Assembly: GCA_021513695.1 (NCBI GenBank)
Contig: CP084166.1
Location: 1,408,001 to 1,472,000, forward strand
Reading direction: 5' to 3'
Length of the DNA stretch: 64,000 nucleotides
From: Candidatus Heimdallarchaeum aukensis
GTDB lineage: Archaea > Asgardarchaeota > Heimdallarchaeia > Heimdallarchaeales > Heimdallarchaeaceae
In this document: positions 57,043 to 64,000 of the stretch, one piece after another
Position numbering within the stretch: the stretch's first letter is position 1
Layout of the letters: each line of letters opens with the position of its first letter
The notes under the pieces: generated by a model
The model's input: the letters and a program-made list of their open reading frames with translations, nothing else
Database searches by the model: none
What the model was told of the DNA's origin: nothing
Translations under genes and position numbers: made by a program

Positions 57043-57984
57043 ATGAAAGAAAAAGGTAAAATTGTTTTTTTAGGTGGTGGTACAGGAACACCTAAACTTA
57101 TACAAGGGATTAGGAGAATTATTAATGAAGAGAATATCACTGTAATTACCAATACAGCAGATGATATAACTCTTTATGGTTTATATATATCTCCAGATGT
57201 AGATACATATCTTTACCTTTTTTCAAATTTACTTGACACTAAAAAATTCTGGGGTATAGAAGGAGATTCTTATTATACTTATTCATTTCTAAAGAAATTC
57301 GACAAAAATGCTTGGTTCACTTTGGGAGATAAAGATTTAGCTATCCATCTCTTTAGAACACAAAAACTTCAAGAAGGGAAGAACCTTTCAGAAATAACAA
57401 CTATCTTAGCCAATCGTTTAAATATAAAAGCAAAAATTTTACCATGTACAGATAATCATATAGAAACAAGAATTGTTACAAAAAATGGCCATGACATTCA
57501 TTTTCAAGAGTTTTGGGTACGCGAAAAAGCAAACTTATCTATTAAAGAAATATATGTTAAGGGAATAGAAAACGCGATTATTCCTGATGATATTTTTAGC
57601 GAAATTGAGGAAGCAGATAAAATTATTTTAGGTCCTAGCAATCCAATAACAAGTATCGGTCCGATAATTTCGATAAAAAAAATTAGACAGTCATTAAAGA
57701 AAAATAAAGAGAAATGCATAGCTATTAGTCCTATTGTTGGAGATAGGGCAATAAGTGGACCTACATGTCAATTTCTTGCAACTAAAAACAAAAATTGCTC
57801 AATAAAAGATATAATTTCCCTTTATGAAGATTTTATTACATGCTTTTTTATTGATGAGTCTGATAAGAACATAGAAGAACAAATTAAAAATATCTATCCA
57901 AATTTAGATATTCGAAATGAAAATATAGTAATGAAAGATATTAGTATCTCACAGAATTTAGCAAAAACATTGCTTAAGGTGTAA
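57043..57984 (+). CDS. cofD: CofD/UPF0052-family 2-phospho-L-lactate-transferase-like protein
   Basis: 'IVFLGGGTGTPKLIQGI' matches the CofD N-terminal signature 'SGGTGTPKLL'. The start is moved to the ATG at 57043. Confidence 0.7.
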   Translation: MKEKGKIVFLGGGTGTPKLIQGIRRIINEENITVITNTADDITLYGLYISPDVDTYLYLFSNLLDTKKFWGIEGDSYYTYSFLKKFDKNAWFTLGDKDLAIHLFRTQKLQEGKNLSEITTILANRLNIKAKILPCTDNHIETRIVTKNGHDIHFQEFWVREKANLSIKEIYVKGIENAIIPDDIFSEIEEADKIILGPSNPITSIGPIISIKKIRQSLKKNKEKCIAISPIVGDRAISGPTCQFLATKNKNCSIKDIISLYEDFITCFFIDESDKNIEEQIKNIYPNLDIRNENIVMKDISISQNLAKTLLKV

Positions 57985-57986
57985 AA

Positions 57987-58775
57987 ATGGAAATCTCTCC
58001 ACCTATTATTCAATCTGCATTAGCGGGATATACAACACCATCATTCATTCAATCAATATTAGATAATGGTGCGGGTATGGCTACATTTGGAGGTTATTCT
58101 TTAGATAAATTAACAAATGAGGGATCAACTGAAATAATTAAGAGAAATAGAAAAGAGATTTTACTCCCACGAGATGAAACTGAATTTCAAAAGTGGTGCA
58201 ATCTAAATTTAAATGTAAAAAAAAGTTCAGATAAACAATTAATTGCAATTAATTTACGAATATCTAAAATAGACCAAGAAACTTTAAGAAAAATAAATTT
58301 TTTATCAAACTTTATTGATATTATAGAATTAAATGCTCATTGTAGACAGAAAGAAATTGTAGAAAGGAGAGGAGGAGAGTATTTACTCAAAGATATTAAT
58401 CATTTAGACTACATACTAGAAAAAATCAGAAAAACTTCTCCAAATGATAAAAAGATCGGGATAAAAATCAGAGGTTACATTGTAAAAGACCAACAAAAAC
58501 TAGTGAATGTTCTTGAATCAAGATCTGTTGACTATTTACATATTGACTGCATGGAACCTGGAAAACCCTATGCAAACTTAAAAATACTAAAATCTTTTTC
58601 TGAATTAACAGATATCACTTTAATTGGAAATAACTCTGTTAGAAATGTAAAAGATGTTCAACAAATGATTGATGCAGGAGCTTCTGCTGTTTCAATCGCA
58701 AGACCTTTAATTACTAACCCTAGTTCTATCAAAAGGTTAATATCAGAATGCAAAAACAAAGGAATTCTAAAATGA
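57987..58775 (+). CDS. TIM-barrel dihydrouridine-synthase (Dus)-like flavoprotein
   Basis: 'SALAGYTTPSF' (compare LAPMAGVTD), 'IELNAHCRQKEIVERRGGEYLLKD' (compare DINMGCP...GAGSALL) and 'GIKIRGY'. Confidence 0.5.
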   Translation: MEISPPIIQSALAGYTTPSFIQSILDNGAGMATFGGYSLDKLTNEGSTEIIKRNRKEILLPRDETEFQKWCNLNLNVKKSSDKQLIAINLRISKIDQETLRKINFLSNFIDIIELNAHCRQKEIVERRGGEYLLKDINHLDYILEKIRKTSPNDKKIGIKIRGYIVKDQQKLVNVLESRSVDYLHIDCMEPGKPYANLKILKSFSELTDITLIGNNSVRNVKDVQQMIDAGASAVSIARPLITNPSSIKRLISECKNKGILK

Positions 58776-59377
58776 CCAAGACAGCATTCCTCATTCCATA
58801 TAAAGGAACAAATAAAGCAAAAACCAGATTAAGAAGAAAACTTAATGGAGAAGTTGTAGATAAACTCCTTTTTCGTCTCTTCGGAGCGGTAATTCAAGAA
58901 CTATCAGAAATGAAAATAGAAAAGTCTATATACATCTTAACAAAAAACTCTAATCTTCTTCTTAATGAGAATTGTATAAAAATAGTTGACAAAAAAGATG
59001 ACTTTAATGAAGCTATTGTTGAAGCTGTTAAAGATCTAAGTGAAGAAAATATCATAATCATCATGGCTGATCTTTACAAAATTAAAAAAAAAGAGATTAG
59101 ACGAATTATTAAATTAAGAAAAAAGTATTCTGTGGTTATTGCACCCTCAGAAAATGATGGAACTAGCATTTTTGCATTTTCTAAAAAATTACTTTCTGAA
59201 ATAGAATTCTGTTTTGGAAATAATTCTTCATTAATATTTGAAAAACAATTTAAGCAAAAAGGAATAAATTATTTTAAATTACGCTATAAGAATGTTTTTA
59301 AGGATATAGATAACCTTGAAGATATTCTTAGTATAAAAAAATTAGCAAAAGAATTAAACTTATTCAACAAAAATTAG
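58772..59377 (+). CDS. cofC: CofC-like nucleotidyltransferase (2-phospho-L-lactate guanylyltransferase family)
   Basis: 'AFLIPYKGTNKAKTRL' matches the CofC N-terminus 'IPVkxxxxAKTRL'. The start is taken at the ATG at 58772, giving a 4 nt overlap with the upstream stop. Confidence 0.65.
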   Translation: MTKTAFLIPYKGTNKAKTRLRRKLNGEVVDKLLFRLFGAVIQELSEMKIEKSIYILTKNSNLLLNENCIKIVDKKDDFNEAIVEAVKDLSEENIIIIMADLYKIKKKEIRRIIKLRKKYSVVIAPSENDGTSIFAFSKKLLSEIEFCFGNNSSLIFEKQFKQKGINYFKLRYKNVFKDIDNLEDILSIKKLAKELNLFNKN

Positions 59378-59386
59378 GGATAAAAG

Positions 59387-60532
59387 ATGAAAGAAAAAAT
59401 AGAAAGAGTACAACAGGTTCTAAAAAAACATGAAGTAAATAGTTGGATTGTATTCTGTCACCATGGTTACGACATTCACAGTAAATATTTACTAGAAAAA
59501 AACATTACATCAGCCACTTTTATCATGATTAAGCAGGAAAATAAACCCATTGTTATCACCTCTCGAATGGAAGCTATGATGATCAATAATGATGTATATG
59601 ATGTTATAGCCTATAAAACTCGTAACGAATTAATAGAATTATTAAAAAATTCTTTATCTGGTCTCGAAGATGGGAAAAAGATAGCTATAAATTATGTACC
59701 AAAAGATAATTTACTAGATAATTTTTCTATGGATATTCTTCCTGCAGGAACATATGAATTCTTAACTTCGATGAATAATAATATAAATTGGGTTTCAGCT
59801 AAAGATATCATTAGAGATGTCCGCAGTGTCAAAACAAAAAAAGAAATTGAAAATCATAAAATTGCAGCTAAACTAGCTGAAGAGTTAATGGAAGAAGCTG
59901 TAGAGCAGAAAATTAAACCTGGAATGACTGAAAAAGAAATTAAAGCACTCATTGAATACGAATGTAATAAGCGAGGAGGAATAGCCTTTGAAGCAATTGT
60001 AGCTTCTGGTGCAAATTCTGCTATACCTCACCACCATGCTTCTAAAACTAAAATCAAAGAAAATCAAGTTTTATTAATAGATTATGGGGTTTCCTATAAT
60101 TGGTCAAACAGCGATATAACAAGAACTTATTGGATAGGGAGTAATCCTCCTGAAGAAGTCTTAAGAGCTTATGAGGCAGTTGATGCAGCGAAAGAGGCTG
60201 CTTATAAACATATTAAGGCAGGAGTTTTCGCTTCAGAAGTTGAAAATGCGGTAAGAGAAACAATGAAAGAATTTGGCTTCGATCCTGAAAAATATTTTAT
60301 CCATTCTACTGGCCATCCTTTAGGTATAGAAACACACGATATAGGTGTAGGAATATACAAAGCTTCAGAATCAGTAGCTGATAAACCTCTAATAGAAAAT
60401 TCTGTAGTAACCGTTGAACCTGGCCTATATTTCGAAGGAAAATTTGGGATCAGACTAGAAGATGATTGTGTGGTTACAAAAGACGGTAGCATAAGATTAT
60501 CAAATACTCCAAAAGAGATTATTACCCTTTAA
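59387..60532 (+). CDS. M24-family Xaa-Pro aminopeptidase/dipeptidase
   Basis: 'HSTGHPLGIETHD', 'VEPGLY' and 'RLEDD' metal-ligand motifs of the creatinase/prolidase fold. Confidence 0.85.
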   Translation: MKEKIERVQQVLKKHEVNSWIVFCHHGYDIHSKYLLEKNITSATFIMIKQENKPIVITSRMEAMMINNDVYDVIAYKTRNELIELLKNSLSGLEDGKKIAINYVPKDNLLDNFSMDILPAGTYEFLTSMNNNINWVSAKDIIRDVRSVKTKKEIENHKIAAKLAEELMEEAVEQKIKPGMTEKEIKALIEYECNKRGGIAFEAIVASGANSAIPHHHASKTKIKENQVLLIDYGVSYNWSNSDITRTYWIGSNPPEEVLRAYEAVDAAKEAAYKHIKAGVFASEVENAVRETMKEFGFDPEKYFIHSTGHPLGIETHDIGVGIYKASESVADKPLIENSVVTVEPGLYFEGKFGIRLEDDCVVTKDGSIRLSNTPKEIITL

Positions 60533-60635
60533 TATCTTTTTTTTACTATTTTAATAATGTAATACCCGCGTGTTTTTAGGATATTATTTTCTTTTAAGGT
60601 TTAATTCACAGTTTCTTATTTTAAGGTGAAACAGT

Positions 60636-61250
60636 TTGTCTTGGAAAACTTGGTTAAAAAGTAAACCCAAACATATTAAACTTGGATTTTATGGGGAAGT
60701 AAATGCCGGGAAGACAACGTTAGCAAATGTTATGGGGATGGATTGGGCAGGACAAGAAGTGGGAAAAGTTTCTGAAATCCCTCACGAAACTAGAGAAATT
60801 GCAAAACTAGAAAAAGTTGATTTTAATGTGGATGGGACAAAAATAGATTTAACTTTAATAGATATGCCAGGTATAGCTACAACAGTTGACCCAAAATCAT
60901 TTGTTAATTATGGATTAAGTGCTGGAGAAGCTATGCAAAGAGCTAAAGAAGCAACAAGAGGAATAGTAGAAGCTATCAAGTATTTAGAGCAAGTTGATGT
61001 TGCACTTGTAGTATTAGATTCTACAAAAACACCATTTGATCAAGTTAATTTTACTATTCTTGGGAACTTAGAACATCAGAAGAAGCCATTTATTATTGTC
61101 CCAAACAAAATAGATTGCCCTGAATCAGATGTAAAAACAGTGCAAGAAGCCTTTGGTGATTATGAAGTTGTACCTATCTCTGCCTTGAAGAAGGAAGGTA
61201 TTGACAAACTCTATGATAGTATTGCAAAATTAGCTAAAAAGGTGAAATAA
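60636..61250 (+). CDS. Stand-alone small GTP-binding protein
   Basis: G1 'GEVNAGKTT', G3 'DMPG', G4 'NKID' and G5 'SAL'. 204 aa. The subfamily is undetermined. Confidence 0.7.
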   Translation: MSWKTWLKSKPKHIKLGFYGEVNAGKTTLANVMGMDWAGQEVGKVSEIPHETREIAKLEKVDFNVDGTKIDLTLIDMPGIATTVDPKSFVNYGLSAGEAMQRAKEATRGIVEAIKYLEQVDVALVVLDSTKTPFDQVNFTILGNLEHQKKPFIIVPNKIDCPESDVKTVQEAFGDYEVVPISALKKEGIDKLYDSIAKLAKKVK

Positions 61251-61251
61251 A

Positions 61252-61605
61252 ATGTCTTACAGTGTTGATTTTATTCCAGAAGATGAAACGGGTAGGTTTT
61301 CATTAGTTGAAAAAACCAGATATATTCTCTCTCAAGTCATGCGAAATAAAATTCTTATTTTAGAAAATGCACTCACTCCAGAAGAAGAATTATACTTAAT
61401 CGAGAAAACTATGAATAAGATAGATTATAGTAACTTCGTTGGAATCAAGCTTTTCTCATTTGATTCAGGAGAAGAAAACAGATTCTCAAAAATATTCGGC
61501 AAGTCATCTAAAAAACGGTCTACTTACACTATTGTGGCTCCAAATGATGCAGTTTCTGTTGTAAAAGATGAAAGAGGGATTTTATCAATTAGAATTAATG
61601 TTTAG
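61252..61605 (+). CDS. Small conserved-looking partner protein of the GTPase (117 aa)
   Basis: Starts 1 nt after the GTPase stop, so it is translationally coupled. No motif assigned. Confidence 0.45.
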   Translation: MSYSVDFIPEDETGRFSLVEKTRYILSQVMRNKILILENALTPEEELYLIEKTMNKIDYSNFVGIKLFSFDSGEENRFSKIFGKSSKKRSTYTIVAPNDAVSVVKDERGILSIRINV

Positions 61606-62100
61606 TAATGATTCAATTTTCTCTTTCATTTTTTTGTATGATTCCTCAATATTCCCATCAGTATTAATTACAGTTACTTTTTCTGGAGAGTATAATTCTA
61701 GCATATCAGTTAAAACTACTTCCATAATTTCTGCTTCTACGTTTTCATCGATTTTTATTTGTTTATAGTCCCTTTCTTTTAAACGTGAGATTAGATTTTT
61801 AATTGAACACTGTAAAACAAAACAATGAAAAAGAAAATCTTTTGGTATTTCGACCAAATGACTGTCTAGCACTAACGGAAATTTACTTGTATTAGATTCT
61901 ATTAGCTTTATGAGTTCTTTTTCCAATTTTTCTTCGTCGACAATTAAAGTATCTAGTTTTTTGTCATAAGTTTCATACAATTCTTTTTCGCGAACGAGAT
62001 TTGTAATATTAACGACAGGATAACCATCACTTTCTAGTTTTTTCGCTAGAGTTGTTTTTCCTGTTCCAGGAGTACCAGTAATAATTATTGCCTTTTTCAA
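61585..62100 (-). CDS. Fap7/AK6-like adenylate kinase (ribosome-biogenesis NTPase)
   Basis: The Walker A 'ITGTPGTGKTTLA' is the Fap7 family signature. 171 aa. Confidence 0.7.
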   Translation of the reverse strand: MKKAIIITGTPGTGKTTLAKKLESDGYPVVNITNLVREKELYETYDKKLDTLIVDEEKLEKELIKLIESNTSKFPLVLDSHLVEIPKDFLFHCFVLQCSIKNLISRLKERDYKQIKIDENVEAEIMEVVLTDMLELYSPEKVTVINTDGNIEESYKKMKEKIESLLNINSN

Positions 62101-62109
62101 TTTTTTCGC

Positions 62110-62823
62110 CTACTTTAGCATCTCTTCTGATATTTTTGATTCTTTTTTGAGAGCTTTTAATAGTTTTATCTTTTCAAGCTCACCAGTTCTGAATTTTTTA
62201 ATGTTATCAACTTGTCTTGTCATCATAAGAAACGCAATTCCGTACAATATTAAGGCTATTTCCAGTCTACTCATAGAAATCCAAGGCATCAACCACATTT
62301 CTGGTAAAAATAGTGCAAAGGTTGCAACTAATAAAGTAGTAGCTATATACGCAAGCGCAGCATAACCTACAAATATAATAACTATTGGCCATAAAATCAA
62401 CCATACAGCGATCAATGCAGGGTTTACCAATATCATTGTTCCAACAATAACTGTAATTCCTCTTCCGCCATGAGAACCGAGAAATAGTGGCCAATTATGT
62501 CCTACAACTGCAGCTATACCTGCAACTGTAAGAAGAAATTTACCATCAGTTAATCCAACAAAGTTAACAGGATGCTTTATTAAGATATAAGGGATGAAAA
62601 TAGCTAGAAAGGAACGAGAAACATCCAAAAGACCAGCGAATAAAGCCCATTTTAATGAACCTGTAACACGGTATACATTTCTCCCACCTACATTTTTTGA
62701 ACCAATCTTACGTAAATCCTTACCAGTTTTTAATTTTACAATAATCCAGCTAAATGGAATAGAGCCAACAATATAGGCTATAAAAAAAACAAAGACATAA
62801 TCAACTAGATAGCCCATAATCAT
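62110..62823 (-). CDS. PlsY/YgiH(DUF205)-family membrane protein
   Basis: 'GSIPFSWIIVKLKTGKDLRKIGSKNVGGRNV' matches the PlsY N-terminal motif. Polytopic. Confidence 0.6.
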   Translation of the reverse strand: MIMGYLVDYVFVFFIAYIVGSIPFSWIIVKLKTGKDLRKIGSKNVGGRNVYRVTGSLKWALFAGLLDVSRSFLAIFIPYILIKHPVNFVGLTDGKFLLTVAGIAAVVGHNWPLFLGSHGGRGITVIVGTMILVNPALIAVWLILWPIVIIFVGYAALAYIATTLLVATFALFLPEMWLMPWISMSRLEIALILYGIAFLMMTRQVDNIKKFRTGELEKIKLLKALKKESKISEEMLK

Positions 62824-62912
62824 TTGTTTTATTTTAGATACTTAAGGTTGTTTATTCTCAAAAGCAATCAAATTTTTAAATTAAAGTTTTTTTATCATTC
62901 TTGTTGATTTTA

Positions 62913-64000
62913 ATGAACATCCAAGAGCATATTTTCAGAGCTTATGATATCAGAGGTCTATTTAATAAAGATCTCACTTCTGGAGTGATGTACAAAATTG
63001 GATTAGCTGCAGGAACTTATACTAAAAAGATCCTTGAAGAACATGAAATTATTGTAGGTAATGATATCAGATACTCTAGCATTCCTTTAGCTTTTGCTTT
63101 TATTTCTGGTGTATTGTCTTCCGGAGTAGATGTCGTCTATGTAGGAACTACGGCTTTCGGACAAACTTTATTCAGAGGATGGGAAAAGAAAAAAGGTCCT
63201 ATTGCTTTTATCACTGCTAGTCATCTTCCTCCTGAATGGAATGGAATCAAATTTTACTATTCTGATGGAGTAGGATTCCCAGAAGAAGAACTAAAAAAAA
63301 TAAGAGACTTTTGTTTAAATAATAATGTTGAACTCGCAAGTTGGGATAAAATTGGAAAACTTTCCCAAGAAGATGCTAAAGAAAACTACTTGGAATTTTT
63401 CAAAAAGAATTTCCAATTTGAAAACAAAGTAAAAGTTGCAGTGGATTGTGGAGGAGCTAGTACAACTCTTTCTGCTCCAGAAATTTTTCAATCAATTGGA
63501 ATTAACTTTGTTCCTGTTTTTTGTGAAACTGATCCTAGTTTTTCAGTAAGGCCTTCCGACCCTAAACCTAAAAATCTTGCTGAGTTGAAAAAAACAGTTA
63601 TAGAACAAAACTGTGACTTTGGAGTGGCTTTTGACGGGGACGGAGATAGAGCTGTTATTGTTGATAATAAGGGAAACGTACTCTCTGCGGATCAAACAGG
63701 TATAATAATCGCAAAATATGGGTTGAAAGAGAAAAAAGGAGTTATAATCGCAAATGTTGAATGTTCAAAAGCAGTAGATGAACAATTGTCTCCTCTTGGA
63801 TATAAAATAAAAAGGATTCCAGTAGGGCATACTTTTTTAACCCTTGAAGCGAAAAAAGAGAATTCACCCCTAGGGATAGAATCATCTGGACACTTAATAT
63901 TACCAGAATATTTCTTATTTGATGATGCTCTCGTAATTCCTCTAAAAGTGGCAGAAATACTCACAAAATCAGATAAGAGCTTGAATGAACTTGTGCAAGA
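62913..64000 (+). CDS. Phosphoglucomutase/phosphomannomutase family protein (partial, 3' end beyond the window)
   Basis: The frame is open from the ATG at 62913 to the window edge. 'FITASHLPPEWNGIKF' is the active-site Ser loop and 'FDGDGDRAVIVD' the Mg-binding loop. Confidence 0.8.
   Translation, partial: MNIQEHIFRAYDIRGLFNKDLTSGVMYKIGLAAGTYTKKILEEHEIIVGNDIRYSSIPLAFAFISGVLSSGVDVVYVGTTAFGQTLFRGWEKKKGPIAFITASHLPPEWNGIKFYYSDGVGFPEEELKKIRDFCLNNNVELASWDKIGKLSQEDAKENYLEFFKKNFQFENKVKVAVDCGGASTTLSAPEIFQSIGINFVPVFCETDPSFSVRPSDPKPKNLAELKKTVIEQNCDFGVAFDGDGDRAVIVDNKGNVLSADQTGIIIAKYGLKEKKGVIIANVECSKAVDEQLSPLGYKIKRIPVGHTFLTLEAKKENSPLGIESSGHLILPEYFLFDDALVIPLKVAEILTKSDKSLNELVQ

Noticed and set aside
58748-58771. 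8 aa N-terminal extension of the cofC-like ORF (58748..58771)
   Set aside because: The ORF-track start is upstream of the ATG at 58772, which immediately precedes the conserved N-terminal motif and gives the usual short stop/start overlap with the dus-like gene.
61568-61768. 66 aa plus-strand ORF overlapping the Fap7-like gene
   Set aside because: It is antisense to a gene with a strong Walker-A signature and has a Ser/Phe/Ile low-complexity composition.
62147-62776. Short ORFs on both strands inside the PlsY-like gene
   Set aside because: They lie inside a polytopic membrane-protein gene with a recognisable family motif. Such ORFs are typical artefacts in AT-rich sequence.

Overview
This is a 64 kb window of a very AT-rich archaeal chromosome; I estimate roughly 30% G+C by eye and did not compute it. 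Coding density is high on both strands. Housekeeping markers include adjacent proteasome alpha and beta subunits, phenylalanyl-tRNA synthetase alpha and beta subunits, the KEOPS components Kae1 and Bud32, Tsr3, a Fap7-like kinase, an M24 aminopeptidase, a partial phosphoglucomutase, and three tRNA genes (Arg-CCU, Arg-GCG, Thr-CGU). Several genes carry eukaryote-like signatures. These are a Rag/Gtr-like GTPase with a roadblock-type C-terminal domain, several proteins with a roadblock/LC7-like domain, a JAMM/MPN metalloprotease, and a full-length two-domain Rpb5 (RpoH) homologue. Together with the composition, these point to an Asgard (Lokiarchaeia-like) archaeon; that is an inference, not a database result. 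The most unusual region is an accessory stretch of about 10 kb (roughly 28.4-38.3 kb) next to tRNA-Arg(GCG). It holds a 3' remnant of an IS200/IS605 tnpB gene with a GC-rich putative omega-RNA region, a remnant of a DDE transposase, and a receptor-like membrane protein with a large extracellular region, one transmembrane helix and a cytoplasmic Zc3h12a/NYN ribonuclease domain. It also holds a large surface protein truncated by the DDE remnant and internally frameshifted, whose cytoplasmic tail carries a roadblock-like domain. Other points of note are a trio of paralogues sharing a C-terminal roadblock-like domain beside a tandem-repeat acidic protein with a poly-lysine tail; a cofD-like, dus-like, cofC-like gene triplet; divergently arranged 2-phosphoglycerate-kinase paralogues; and a GTPase translationally coupled to a small partner protein. 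No CRISPR array was seen. The ORF track uses GTG and TTG as well as ATG starts, so several N-termini are over-extended; I note this where it is evident.
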